64,000 nt of DNA from Candidatus Beckwithbacteria bacterium (GTDB taxonomy: Bacteria; Patescibacteriota; Microgenomatia; UBA1400; CG1-02-47-37). Made by a program: the position numbers and the translations under genes. Every line of letters begins with the position of its first letter. Positions within the stretch are counted from its first letter, which is position 1. The notes under the pieces were generated by a model, which saw only the letters and a program-made list of their open reading frames with translations, was not told the origin of the DNA and ran no database searches. Shown one piece after another: positions 32,644-42,429 of this stretch. Location: positions 3,129-67,128 of the forward strand of contig JAPLVF010000007.1 in assembly GCA_026397255.1 (NCBI GenBank), written 5' to 3'.

Positions 32644-33848
32644 TGGAAAAATTTAATTATTTAGCCACTGATAAAGATAACCGTAAAGTTAAAGGTACAG
32701 TTGAGGCAGTGAACTTGGTCCAGGCCCAAAGTATTTTAAGAAGCAAAAACCTGTTTATTATTAACTTAGACAAAATTGAACTTTTGCCGGCTTGGATGAA
32801 GATGCTGGAGAGTTTTAATAAGGTTAGACGGACAGAAGTAGTTCATTTTACCCGGCAGTTGGCGACGATGGTGACCGCCGGGTTGCCATTGACCAACGCT
32901 TTAGCAATCCTAAAATATCAGTCAGGCGCGGCCATGGGTAAATTAACAGACGAAATTTTGAGGGATGTGGAAGGCGGCGGATCTTTTTACAAGGCTTTGC
33001 AGAAACATGAAGGTGTTTTTGACCGGATTTATTTGTCTTTAGTCCGGTCGGGAGAGGCGGCGGGGGTTTTGGAAAAGGTCTTACAACGCTTGGCGGATAA
33101 TCTGGAAAAGGAAGGGGAATTCCGGGCAAAAACCAAAAGCGCGCTGATTTATCCGGCAATTATTACCATAGCGATGGTGGTGGTGGCGACAATAATGATG
33201 ATTTTTGTGATCCCTAAACTGACTTCGATGTATAACGACTTTGGGGCAGAATTACCGATGGTGACCAAGGTTTTAATTGGTATTTCAACGTTTGTGGCAA
33301 AAACTATTTGGCTTTGGCTGGTTTTATTAGTGGTGGGCGGGTATAGTTTCAGCAAATGGAGAAAAACAGCTTCCGGCAGGCTGATTTATGATACTTATAT
33401 TTTACGCTTACCGATAATCGGACCGTTAAAAACCAAAATGATTTTGACGGAGATCACCAGGACTTTGGCGTTGTTGGTCGAGTCAGGAGTGGCGATTGTG
33501 GAGGCTTTGGAAATTGTTTCCGGCGCGGCGGGCAACGAACTGTTTGGCCGATCGATAAAAACCGCGGCTAAGGATGTGGAAAAAGGTGTGCCTTTGGCGG
33601 CGGCCATCGGCCAGTTTGAACATTTTCCGCCGCTGATTTCGCAAATGCTGGCTGTGGGTGAAGAAACCGGGAAAATTGACGAAGTAATGTTTAATGTTTC
33701 TCGGTATTTTGAAACCGAATCCGAGCAGGCAGTGAAGGGCTTGACAACCGCAATTGAGCCACTTATGATGATTATATTAGGTGTGGGGGTAGGGTTTTTA
33801 GTAATTGCCATTATTATGCCAATTTATAATCTAACCAGCCAATTTTAG
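32643..33848 (+). CDS. pilC: Type IV pilus platform protein PilC (GspF family)
   Basis: Duplicated GspF domains with 3 TMs. Confidence 0.85.
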   Translation: MEKFNYLATDKDNRKVKGTVEAVNLVQAQSILRSKNLFIINLDKIELLPAWMKMLESFNKVRRTEVVHFTRQLATMVTAGLPLTNALAILKYQSGAAMGKLTDEILRDVEGGGSFYKALQKHEGVFDRIYLSLVRSGEAAGVLEKVLQRLADNLEKEGEFRAKTKSALIYPAIITIAMVVVATIMMIFVIPKLTSMYNDFGAELPMVTKVLIGISTFVAKTIWLWLVLLVVGGYSFSKWRKTASGRLIYDTYILRLPIIGPLKTKMILTEITRTLALLVESGVAIVEALEIVSGAAGNELFGRSIKTAAKDVEKGVPLAAAIGQFEHFPPLISQMLAVGEETGKIDEVMFNVSRYFETESEQAVKGLTTAIEPLMMIILGVGVGFLVIAIIMPIYNLTSQF

Positions 33849-33855
33849 GAGGCTT

Positions 33856-34530
33856 ATGAAGAAGGGTTTTACATTAATTGAGTTGTTGGTAGTGATTACT
33901 TTAATTGGTATTCTAGCGGTAGCAGTGTTATCAGCCTTGAACCCAATTGAGCAGATTAATAAAGCCCGGGATGCGGGTCGGCGGTCGGATGCGGCGCAAA
34001 TTATGTCGGCGCTTGACCGTTATTTTGCTTCTACGGAAGAGTTTCCCTGGAATAATGTCGGTTGGAGCAATGAAATAGCCGCAGTTTCCGGTGCTTTTTA
34101 CGGACGAGCGTCAATGAACGGTGTAGGTATCTGCGGGGCAGTTGCTACAGTTCCGGCCAGTGGATCCTATCTCTTAGAAACTGTGAGTGCCAGTGGCTGT
34201 ACCAATAAGGGGTTACTGGTTACTACAGAAGAATTGAAAAGCCAATTTGGCAAAAGAAAAGCTTTTAGAAGCACACCGTTGGCAGAGGACAAGTTTTATG
34301 TTATAAAATTACTTAATGATCCGTCAATCAGCGTCTGCTTTGTGCCTTCCTCAAAAGCAACTCGGATTAAATGGAATGCTGTAGCCGGACAGTTGAAAAG
34401 CTTAGCAATTGGCGGTACTGACTTACCGACAATAGTCCAACCTTGCACCACACAATTTGTTGCCACTGGGGCTGGGCCTGGATGGACGACTAACGTAGAT
34501 GCTTGTTATGTCTGTATTCCGGAAGAGTAA
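33856..34530 (+). CDS. Type IV (major) pilin, class III signal peptide
   Basis: MKKGFTLIELLVV prepilin motif; SD AGGAGG upstream; strong terminator downstream. Confidence 0.7.
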   Translation: MKKGFTLIELLVVITLIGILAVAVLSALNPIEQINKARDAGRRSDAAQIMSALDRYFASTEEFPWNNVGWSNEIAAVSGAFYGRASMNGVGICGAVATVPASGSYLLETVSASGCTNKGLLVTTEELKSQFGKRKAFRSTPLAEDKFYVIKLLNDPSISVCFVPSSKATRIKWNAVAGQLKSLAIGGTDLPTIVQPCTTQFVATGAGPGWTTNVDACYVCIPEE

Positions 34531-34551
34531 AATAAGTTTGATTTGAATTTT

Positions 34552-34578
34552 AAAACCCCTCGGCAACGAGGGGTTTTT
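34552..34578 (+). terminator. Bidirectional rho-independent terminator after the pilin gene
   Basis: AAAACCCCTCG-GCAA-CGAGGGGTTTTT. Confidence 0.65.
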
Positions 34579-34604
34579 GGTTACAAAGTAAGCTATTTTT
34601 AAAA

Positions 34605-34626
34605 CATTCCACTCCGGAGTGGAATG
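34605..34626. repeat. REP2: perfect palindrome CATTCCACTCCGGAGTGGAATG (copy 1, abutting RAYT2 stop)
   Basis: 22-bp perfect palindrome; copies 1 and 3 share the extended 26-bp form AACATTCCACTCCGGAGTGGAATGTT; also at 35308 and 46169. Confidence 0.7.
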
Positions 34627-34627
34627 T

Positions 34628-35293
34628 TTACTCTAAGGAGAGAGATTTAATCAGGTGTAATTGTTTTTGATAATCGGCTTGATTTTGAATGAATTCAAGA
34701 TAAGATTTTTTTGTTTTAAACTCGCGCAAAATTGTGTCGGTGGAGCATAGGTTGTATCGACTGGAGGATAAATATTCTTTTATTGATGAATACGGGTATT
34801 CTTGAATTTTATTTATGTCTTTAATAATTGATGAGGTGAAGGGATTAAGATGAATATAGCGGCTGAGATGTAATAATTGTTCGTTAGAGGTAACCCTAAT
34901 AGCCTTAAATCTGCCTTCTAAAACTGGTCCCTGCTTTTCATAAATAGTATTAAAGTATTTTGAATAACTGTTGGAAAATTTACTAATTGATTGAAGAATG
35001 CCTTTATCTTTAGTTTGCTTGATAAGAAAATGAAAATGATTTGGCATAAAACAATAAGCTAAGATATCAATAGATGTTTGGACAAGTTGTTGTAATATCT
35101 TTTTTTGTCTTTTTGGTGTTTGAAGATTGAGATAGGAAAATTTTATTGGTGGAGTTAAATATTGGTAATATTGAATTGTTTTGATGGCCCTGATGTAGTC
35201 TTTTTCGGAAAAGAAAATCTGTTTTTTATTAAATCCCCTATTAAAGACGTGATATATTTCTTGAGTGACTAAAGGAGTTTTTCTACTGGGCAT
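34628..35293 (-). CDS. REP-associated tyrosine transposase (RAYT) paralog 2
   Basis: MPNHFHFLI HuH motif; YIHLNP; flanked by perfect palindromes. Confidence 0.7.
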   Translation of the reverse strand: MPSRKTPLVTQEIYHVFNRGFNKKQIFFSEKDYIRAIKTIQYYQYLTPPIKFSYLNLQTPKRQKKILQQLVQTSIDILAYCFMPNHFHFLIKQTKDKGILQSISKFSNSYSKYFNTIYEKQGPVLEGRFKAIRVTSNEQLLHLSRYIHLNPFTSSIIKDINKIQEYPYSSIKEYLSSSRYNLCSTDTILREFKTKKSYLEFIQNQADYQKQLHLIKSLSLE

Positions 35294-35307
35294 GGTTTAT
35301 TTTATAA

Positions 35308-35329
35308 CATTCCACTCCGGAGTGGAATG
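35308..35329. repeat. REP2 copy 2
   Basis: Identical 22-bp palindrome 15 nt upstream of RAYT2 start. Confidence 0.7.
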
Positions 35330-35354
35330 AGTAGTAGCGGTGTTGCTGATTTGA

Positions 35355-36155
35355 TTGATTTGGTATAGTAAAAGAATGGATTATTTAATACTGTTTTTGC
35401 TGGGGTTGGCGGTCGGTAGTTTTTTAAATGTGGTGGTTTATCGGGTAAGGCACGGTGATTCGGCGCTGCGCGGACGATCCTACTGCGATTATTGCAAGGT
35501 CAAGATCGCCTGGTATGACAATATTCCCCTCCTCTCCTTTCTTTTATTGAAAGGCCGATGCCGGAAATGCAAAAGGAAAATTCCGATTGAATATCCCCTA
35601 ACAGAATTAGTAATCGGCATGGAGTTTGTCTGGATTTATTGGCTGCTGACGGTTAATTTTAGGTTTTTTGGTTCCTGGGAAGGATTTTACAGTTTAGCCC
35701 TGCTTCTCTACTGGCTGATTTTGTTTTCCGGTTCTTTGGCAATTGCTTATTTTGATCAAAAATATATGCTGATCCCCGATCAAATTGTCTGGCCGTTAAT
35801 TGCGGTGAGTATTATCAGGTTATTTTTCTCGCACCAATGGCTGGTGTTGTTAGTTGGTTTGCTGTCGGCGGGATTTATCTGGTTAATCAGATTAGTTTCC
35901 AAAGGAAAAATGGGTGACGGTGATATCCTGCTGGCTTTATTACTAGGTCTGGTTTTAGGCTGGCCCAGGATTGTCGTGGCTTACTTTTTGGCGTTCTTGA
36001 CAGGAGCAACTGTGGGCACTATATTGATATTAATTAAGAAAAAGAAGTTCAAGGACAGAATAGCCTTCGGGCCATTCCTTTTATTAGGAATGATAATAGC
36101 TAAATTATGGGGAGGAATTATATGGCAGTGGTATCAAAAGGTTTTACTCTTTTAG
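35355..36155 (+). CDS. pilD: Prepilin peptidase PilD (A24 family); probable start at 35376
   Basis: N-terminal CxxC...CxxC zinc motif; DGD catalytic region. Confidence 0.8.
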   Translation: MIWYSKRMDYLILFLLGLAVGSFLNVVVYRVRHGDSALRGRSYCDYCKVKIAWYDNIPLLSFLLLKGRCRKCKRKIPIEYPLTELVIGMEFVWIYWLLTVNFRFFGSWEGFYSLALLLYWLILFSGSLAIAYFDQKYMLIPDQIVWPLIAVSIIRLFFSHQWLVLLVGLLSAGFIWLIRLVSKGKMGDGDILLALLLGLVLGWPRIVVAYFLAFLTGATVGTILILIKKKKFKDRIAFGPFLLLGMIIAKLWGGIIWQWYQKVLLF

Positions 36156-36568
36156 AGTTATTAGTGACAATTTCGATAATCGGCATTTTATTGGCGATTG
36201 GGTCGGTCAGTTTTTCCACGGCGCAGAAAAAAGGCAGGGATGCCCGGCGGCAAGGTGATATGGTGGCCATTCAAAAAGCGCTGGAGCAATGTTACAGCGT
36301 GGATGTGAGATATCCCGAAGTGAGTTTCGGTTCAAGTTTGATTTGCACGGCTGGTCAAACAACGATGAATCAGGTTCCGAATGATCCGAAAAACACCGGT
36401 ACATATGTTTATACTTATACGACTAATTCCGGAACCACAAACACCATTTATTGTTTGTGTGCGTATTTGGAGAATACGGGAACAGGCAACGCCAATACTG
36501 TTGGAGCAAATGGGGTTTGTAGCTGGGCTGGAACCAAAAATTACTTTTGCGTGAGTAACCAACAATGA
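36107..36568 (+). CDS. Pseudopilin/minor pilin (GspG-like); probable start ~36122
   Basis: Prepilin motif KGFTLLELLV; GspG-like RDARRQGDMVAIQKALE. Confidence 0.65.
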   Translation: MGRNYMAVVSKGFTLLELLVTISIIGILLAIGSVSFSTAQKKGRDARRQGDMVAIQKALEQCYSVDVRYPEVSFGSSLICTAGQTTMNQVPNDPKNTGTYVYTYTTNSGTTNTIYCLCAYLENTGTGNANTVGANGVCSWAGTKNYFCVSNQQ

Positions 36569-36975
36569 AAAAAGTTTGCCTACGCCAGCGGGGTTTTACT
36601 TTTATAGAAATGTTGGTAGTTGTGACGATTATTGCTGTATTAACCATGGTGGGTATTGCTAACTTCCGGGTAGCGAATCAAAAAGCCAGAGATGGCCGCA
36701 GGCAGGGAGATTTGGAACAAATCCGGGCGGCCTTAGAGATGTATCGGACTGACCTAAAAGTTTATCCAACTACAGGTAATTTAAGTTTATTAACACCCAG
36801 TTACATTGGCACAATACCAGCTGATCCGACTACTGGACGTTTGTATCGTTATACCAGCGCTACCGGGGCAATTTATACATTATGTGCGGCTTTGGAGTTG
36901 GGAGGCACAGATACTTGCAGTGGCAATTGCGGCACAGGAATAACCTGTAATTACAAGATTAGCAATCCCCTATGA
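36565..36975 (+). CDS. Pseudopilin (GspG-like)
   Basis: QRGFTFIEMLVV prepilin motif. Confidence 0.65.
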   Translation: MKKVCLRQRGFTFIEMLVVVTIIAVLTMVGIANFRVANQKARDGRRQGDLEQIRAALEMYRTDLKVYPTTGNLSLLTPSYIGTIPADPTTGRLYRYTSATGAIYTLCAALELGGTDTCSGNCGTGITCNYKISNPL

Positions 36976-37427
36976 AGTTGGGGTTAGGGTTTACGTTGGT
37001 GGAGTTGCTGGTGGTGGTGGCTATTAGCGCGGTTCTTTTCGGCGGCGGGCTGGCGGCTTACCGGGGAATTGGAGATAAACAAGCGGTGAAGCAGAACGGA
37101 GCCACGTTTTTGTCTAATTTAAGATCGGTCCAACAGAAAGCCTTGGCTTCGGAAAAACCGACGGACTGCGGTACAAATCCATTCAAGGGTTATAGGGTTA
37201 ACACTAGCCATTCATCCTATTATACAGTGACGGCTTGGTGTGTAGGCGGGGTAGCAAAAAAAATTGATTTGACAGACGGGGTTGAGTTTGTAGACCCGTT
37301 TAATATTTATTTTCAGGTGCTAAAAGCAGAGGTTCTAGGGGCGCAGACGGTTACTTTATCCAAAGGCACTACCAGTTATGAAGTAACTATTGAACAAAGA
37401 GGGGTGATCAGCGGTGAACTACTTTAA
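36972..37427 (+). CDS. Pseudopilin/minor pilin
   Basis: GFTLVELLVV prepilin motif. Confidence 0.55.
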   Translation: MKLGLGFTLVELLVVVAISAVLFGGGLAAYRGIGDKQAVKQNGATFLSNLRSVQQKALASEKPTDCGTNPFKGYRVNTSHSSYYTVTAWCVGGVAKKIDLTDGVEFVDPFNIYFQVLKAEVLGAQTVTLSKGTTSYEVTIEQRGVISGELL

Positions 37428-37857
37428 GACAAATAATTCAGGCCAGTCGTTGATTGAAGTGGTGGTAGCAGTAGGCATGATGGCTTTGTTATTAACGGCG
37501 ATTTTAGCCTTAGTGTCTTTGTCAGTAAAAAACAGCCGCGTGGCGAAAGATCGAGCCCAAGCAGTGAGTTTAGCCCAAGAAGGCGTGGAGTTGATGAGGA
37601 CTTATCGGGATTTTAGCTGGAGTCAATTCTCCGGCCAGGCGGACGGAACAACGGCTTATAATTTACCTGAGGATTGGACAGTGGGGCCGGCTTTATTAAG
37701 CAATTGCCAAATAAACATTAATACTTTTTTTAAACGCTGTGTACTTTTAAGCCAAAATCCAACACCAGTGACTGTTAATGTGGTGGTATCCTGGAAAGAA
37801 GGCGCGCAAACTTATCAAACAAATCAAGTAACGCAGTTGACTTTATGGGAAAGATAA
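37414..37857 (+). CDS. Minor pilin-like protein
   Basis: GQSLIEVVVA prepilin-like motif. Confidence 0.5.
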   Translation: MNYFKTNNSGQSLIEVVVAVGMMALLLTAILALVSLSVKNSRVAKDRAQAVSLAQEGVELMRTYRDFSWSQFSGQADGTTAYNLPEDWTVGPALLSNCQININTFFKRCVLLSQNPTPVTVNVVVSWKEGAQTYQTNQVTQLTLWER

Positions 37858-38324
37858 AAGGAAAAGGTTTTACACTGATTGAGGTATTAACCGTTTCGGG
37901 AATAATGGTTTTGTTCAGCATTACTTTAGTGGCGATATTATTGGGGGCATTCCGAGGCGGCGGCAAGGCCCAAATATTGCAGCAATTACATGAGGATGGT
38001 GATTTTGCCCTCAAGGCAATAACCAGAGAAGTGAGAAGGGCAGATAAGATAGCGTGCGGGGCTGGGAATTTAACGTTAACAATGCCGTATGGAGGCACAC
38101 CGATTTTATATAAATTGCTTAGTGATAGAGTGGCTTCAGGCAGCGCGTTTTTAACCGGAACATTGGGAGAGGTTTCCGGGCTGACATTTTCCTGCATAAA
38201 CGGCAGTGGCGGTAACCAGATTGTGACCATCAAATTTACTTTAACTGTCGGAGATACGTCATCCCAAGTTCAAGAAAAATTCAGCCAAAATTTTGCCACT
38301 TCGGTGGCTACTAGGCAAAAATAA
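37845..38324 (+). CDS. Pseudopilin/minor pilin
   Basis: KGFTLIEVL prepilin motif. Confidence 0.55.
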   Translation: MGKIKGKGFTLIEVLTVSGIMVLFSITLVAILLGAFRGGGKAQILQQLHEDGDFALKAITREVRRADKIACGAGNLTLTMPYGGTPILYKLLSDRVASGSAFLTGTLGEVSGLTFSCINGSGGNQIVTIKFTLTVGDTSSQVQEKFSQNFATSVATRQK

Positions 38325-39057
38325 ACTAATAAGTTACTATAGAATTATGAAACAAGGTCAAGCGGTGTTAATTGTGCTTTTAGTGGCGGCGGTGGCTTTA
38401 GGCTTTGGTTTGTCGATTATTTCCCGATCAACGACGGATGTTAAAATCAGCGAGCAGGAAGACCAGGCGTCGAGGGCATTTAATGCGGCAGAAGCCGGGA
38501 TAGAGGCCGGTTTACAAAATTTAGCCGTTGGGACTTATCCTTTACCACCGGTGGCGGGAATTACTGGTCAATATTCAGTTACAGGAGTTAATGTTTTAAA
38601 GTTAGAGACCTTGAGTGAAAACGATGTGGCCACAGTAGTTTTGGGAGGAGCAAACACTTTAACGGTTGAGTGGGGAGAAGCTTGTCCCGGGACGGCATCT
38701 TTGGAAATAGCAGTAATCGACAAAGACGGGAATGTTAAAAGAGACGGAATTAATGCCTGTACGGGATACGACAATGGTTTAACCGATATATCAACTCCGG
38801 GGACTGATGGTTATTTAAGAAGTCGTTCAGTGACAGTAGGGGTGGATGATCGGTTGGTGCGGATCAGGCCGATTTACAGCCAAACGAAGTTGAGGGTGTA
38901 CGGGTCAATAGAATTACCGCCGCAAGTGTATCAGGTTAATTCAACGGCCCAAGCGACGACTCTAGAGTCGAAAGCGATTAACGTGACCAGAACCGAACCG
39001 GCGGCGCCGGCAATATTTGACTATGCTTTATTTTCCGGGACAAACTTAGTACAATGA
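38293..39057 (+). CDS. PilX-like minor pilin; probable start ~38347
   Basis: MKQGQAVLIVLLV N-terminal hydrophobic segment typical of PilX N-domain. Confidence 0.45.
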   Translation: MPLRWLLGKNKLISYYRIMKQGQAVLIVLLVAAVALGFGLSIISRSTTDVKISEQEDQASRAFNAAEAGIEAGLQNLAVGTYPLPPVAGITGQYSVTGVNVLKLETLSENDVATVVLGGANTLTVEWGEACPGTASLEIAVIDKDGNVKRDGINACTGYDNGLTDISTPGTDGYLRSRSVTVGVDDRLVRIRPIYSQTKLRVYGSIELPPQVYQVNSTAQATTLESKAINVTRTEPAAPAIFDYALFSGTNLVQ

Positions 39058-39081
39058 TAATATATAAGGAGAAACCTGCCC

Positions 39082-40077
39082 ATGAAAAATTGGTTTGGCT
39101 TAGACATCGGGTCTAATCAAGTTAAAGTTTTACAAGCGGAAAAAGTCAGTCAAGGATTTAGAGTTGCCCGGATGGCAGCGGTGCCGCTTAAGGCCGATGG
39201 GTTAACCGAGGCGATTAAAACAGCTATCAAGGAAGCAAAAATAAAAGCTTCAAGCGAAGTCAATGTTGCTTTAGCGGAAAGTGAAGTTTTTACCAGAATT
39301 ATTGAGGCGCCGAAACTATCAGAAATGGAGTTGGCATCTTCAATCCGGTATGAAGCGGAACAATATATCCCCATTGCTTTATCAGAGGTGGAGTTATTTC
39401 ATCAGATTTTACCGATTGATGAAATTAAGAGTGATAAATCGATGAAGGTGTTATTGATTGCCGTACCAAAAACCCGAATTCAACAATTAATGCAAATCTT
39501 TGATCAGGCGGATTTGATTCCCGGTGGCCTAGAAACAGAGCTTTTTAGCTTGAAACGGATTTTAGGCGATGAAAAGAAAGTTCAGATTTTAACCAGCTTC
39601 GGCTATAAAACCACCGACCTAATGGTGTTGAATCATAACATCCCCAGCTTTACTTACTCAGCTAATGTCGGCGGGATGGCTTTAACTAAGAGTTTAGTTA
39701 ATGAATTATCTTTATCTTTTGAACAGGCGGAGGAATATAAAAAAACTTACGGATTAAGGGAAGATTTACTGGAAGGAAAGGTGGCTAAAATTTTACAACC
39801 TTTTATTGAAGAAATTATTGAGCAAATTAAAAAGGCGATGATTTATTTGCAACAACAGGGTTATAATAAACCTCCGAATGAACTCATTTTGGCCGGCGGC
39901 GGAGCCATGCTGGCCGGACTAAGTGGTTTTTTAGCCGCTAAATTGAACATAGAAGTGGTGATCGCTGATCCTTTTAAGAATTTTCTTCATGACGAAGATT
40001 TTAAAAAGAAGTTTCCCTATGAAAATAGCTCTCAGTGGGCAACAGTAACAGGGTTAGCTTTAAAAGGGTGGCTATAA
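39082..40077 (+). CDS. pilM: Type IV pilus assembly protein PilM (actin-like ATPase fold)
   Basis: GLDIGSNQVKV phosphate-1 motif. Confidence 0.8.
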   Translation: MKNWFGLDIGSNQVKVLQAEKVSQGFRVARMAAVPLKADGLTEAIKTAIKEAKIKASSEVNVALAESEVFTRIIEAPKLSEMELASSIRYEAEQYIPIALSEVELFHQILPIDEIKSDKSMKVLLIAVPKTRIQQLMQIFDQADLIPGGLETELFSLKRILGDEKKVQILTSFGYKTTDLMVLNHNIPSFTYSANVGGMALTKSLVNELSLSFEQAEEYKKTYGLREDLLEGKVAKILQPFIEEIIEQIKKAMIYLQQQGYNKPPNELILAGGGAMLAGLSGFLAAKLNIEVVIADPFKNFLHDEDFKKKFPYENSSQWATVTGLALKGWL

Positions 40078-40629
40078 ATGGAGATAGAACTAATTAAGAA
40101 AGAAATAAAGAAAGTTAGAGATCGGCAGAGATTAAAAAAACTGGCCGGGAAAATTCTGGTTTTAATTCTGTTTGGTTTAAGCGGGATAATGATTTTTGTG
40201 TCTTTATTTAATTTATCGATCAGCGCAATAAATAAAAAACTGGAATTGCAGTTGAATGTTATTAAACAAAAGATAACTGATTTAAAAGAGGTGGAAACGA
40301 AACAAGTATACTTATTAAGCAAGCTACAATCTTTTAAAGATTTGTTAAAGTTGCAGGAACGACATCAGGCAGTAGCCGAAGCAGTTTTTGCGCTTGTTCC
40401 GGACGGGACAAGCCTAAAAGGATTTGATGTTAATGAAAGCGGGATAATTAAACTGGCAGGTGATGTAGCTGATTGGGAAACATTTAATCTATTACTTGGT
40501 CATATCAGAGAGGCAAAAGCGGGAAAGTTAATCATTGTTAATGCTCAGGTGGATAAAATTTCTTTTGACAGTAAAAGCGGGATTAATTTTGATATAAATC
40601 TGCAATTATCCGGAGGCAATGTCAATTAA
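40078..40629 (+). CDS. PilN-like bitopic protein
   Basis: Single TM then coiled coil; position after pilM. Confidence 0.55.
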   Translation: MEIELIKKEIKKVRDRQRLKKLAGKILVLILFGLSGIMIFVSLFNLSISAINKKLELQLNVIKQKITDLKEVETKQVYLLSKLQSFKDLLKLQERHQAVAEAVFALVPDGTSLKGFDVNESGIIKLAGDVADWETFNLLLGHIREAKAGKLIIVNAQVDKISFDSKSGINFDINLQLSGGNVN

Positions 40630-41342
40630 TGAAAAAATATAGAAACTTAATAATTTTAAGTTTATTGGGGTTAGCAATGATAGGAGTGATTTGTGGTCCG
40701 ATTTTAACGGGCTTATATAGTCGTTTGACGACTAATAAGCAGTTAAATCAGGAGTTGAAGGCCATGGAAAAGAAGTTGGCGGATTTAGAAGGAATTGATA
40801 AAAATTTAGTTAATGAGCGAGTGGTAAAAATGGAAACAGTTTTTCCCTCCGATAAACCGGTGGTGCAATTGCTCTCAACGTTAACACAATTATCGGGTAA
40901 ATATAGTCTTAATTTTGGCGGGGTATCTTTAAGTCCAGGCAGTTTGACAGATAATCAGACAACCAAAGACCAAGCGGAGGACAGTTTAAATGATATGAAG
41001 TTTGGATTTGAGGTCGGAGGAACCTTTGATAATATTTTAAATTTTATGAAGGAGTTAGAAAGAGCGGCCCCATTAATGAAAATAGACAAGGTTGGTTTAA
41101 TGATCAAGACTAGTCCCCTAGTCAGCGAACAACCAACAGAAGTGGCGGCGAAAATTGACGTTTCGGCTTTTTTCAAAGGTCCGCCGAAAACTATCGGAGC
41201 AATAACAGAGCCGGTAGCTTTATTAACCAGAGATGACGAGGCAATTTTATCAACGATGTTTACTTTTACTCAATTTCCGGTAATTCTACCGGTGGCTCAG
41301 ACCGGGAAAGTTGATCTGTTTGCAGCGGGTCTTGGAGACTAA
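40629..41342 (+). CDS. PilO-like bitopic protein
   Basis: Single TM, coiled coil, periplasmic domain; gene order. Confidence 0.5.
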   Translation: MKKYRNLIILSLLGLAMIGVICGPILTGLYSRLTTNKQLNQELKAMEKKLADLEGIDKNLVNERVVKMETVFPSDKPVVQLLSTLTQLSGKYSLNFGGVSLSPGSLTDNQTTKDQAEDSLNDMKFGFEVGGTFDNILNFMKELERAAPLMKIDKVGLMIKTSPLVSEQPTEVAAKIDVSAFFKGPPKTIGAITEPVALLTRDDEAILSTMFTFTQFPVILPVAQTGKVDLFAAGLGD

Positions 41343-41559
41343 CTTTGACTTTTAATCCTTGTTTGATGGCTTTAACTTTGGTTAGTTCCCGGATACTATT
41401 GATGATTTTGCCGCCTTTGCCGATTACCTTACCCATATCGCTAGGATCGACAGTGATGGTAATCAGGTGAACGCCGGATTCATCAATATCTTCCGTAACA
41501 TTGACAGCTTTAGGTTTATCGACAAGATTCGTTACCAGGAATTTGACTAAATTAAGCAT
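41266..41559 (-). CDS. KH-domain RNA-binding protein (YlqC/UPF0109 family)
   Basis: GKVIGKGGKIINSIREL KH GxxG motif; adjacent to rpsP. Confidence 0.7.
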   Translation of the reverse strand: MLNLVKFLVTNLVDKPKAVNVTEDIDESGVHLITITVDPSDMGKVIGKGGKIINSIRELTKVKAIKQGLKVKVSLQDPLQTDQLSRSEPPVELPEIE

Positions 41560-41785
41560 GGGTTTTAATTAGGCGGCTGACGGTAGCCGTGGGTTTAGCG
41601 CCATGAGCAATCCAGTAATTAACTTTTTTTAAATCAATTTTAATTGTATGGGGATGAGTATTAGGGTTATAAGTGCCGATTAAATCCAGATATTGACCGT
41701 CGCGTTTGCTTCTTTTTTCGTTGACCACAATTTTATAAGTGGCGTAATTTTTTTTGCCGGTACGGGTTAGTTTAAGTTTAAGCAT
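41552..41785 (-). CDS. rpsP: 30S ribosomal protein S16
   Basis: [21 protein letters not shown]. Confidence 0.9.
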   Translation of the reverse strand: MLKLKLTRTGKKNYATYKIVVNEKRSKRDGQYLDLIGTYNPNTHPHTIKIDLKKVNYWIAHGAKPTATVSRLIKTHA

Positions 41786-42429
41786 AGGGAAATTATAGCA
41801 GATTTAGCGGCATGCTGTTGGGCTTCTTGTTTGGATTTGCCCTGACCAACGCCGGCCAATTTTTGTTTACAATAAACTTGGACGGTAAAAATCCGATTAT
41901 GGTCCGGCCCGGAAGTTTTAACTAATTTATAATGCGGGGCAATTTTGAATTGCTTTTGCCATTTTTCCTGAAGTTGGCTTTTAAAATCGGCAATTTCTAA
42001 TGTTTCAGAAAGATGGGAAAACTGGTTAATAAGTTGTTCTTGAATAAATTTCTTAACGGCAGTAAGTCCTTGATCAAGATAAATAGCGCCAATAAGAGCT
42101 TCAAAAACGTTGGCTAAAAGCGAAGGGTTTTTATCACCACCGGCTTTTTTCTCCCCACGGGAAAGAATTAATTGACTGCCAAGATTCTGGTTTTTGGCGG
42201 CGGCAGCTAATGTTTTTGTCTGAACAATTTGGGCCCGTTTACTGGTTAATTGACCTTCGGGAAGGTGGGGGTATTGATGATAAAGGTAATCAGACACAAT
42301 TAATTCCAAAACAGCGTCGCCTAAAAATTCCAATCTTTCATTGGAAATCTTACTGCCTTGTTTTTCGTTTATAGCCGAGCGATGAGTCAGGGCGGTGGTT
42401 AATAAAAAAGGGTTTTTAAACTGAATCAT
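41767..42429 (-). CDS. rnc: Ribonuclease III
   Basis: [11 protein letters not shown] signature; dsRBD at C-terminus. Confidence 0.9.
   Translation of the reverse strand: MIQFKNPFLLTTALTHRSAINEKQGSKISNERLEFLGDAVLELIVSDYLYHQYPHLPEGQLTSKRAQIVQTKTLAAAAKNQNLGSQLILSRGEKKAGGDKNPSLLANVFEALIGAIYLDQGLTAVKKFIQEQLINQFSHLSETLEIADFKSQLQEKWQKQFKIAPHYKLVKTSGPDHNRIFTVQVYCKQKLAGVGQGKSKQEAQQHAAKSAIISLCLNLN

Noticed and set aside
41266-41342. Functional significance of 77-bp convergent overlap between pilO-like and KH-protein genes
   Set aside because: More likely an over-extended pilO ORF call than a biological antisense arrangement.
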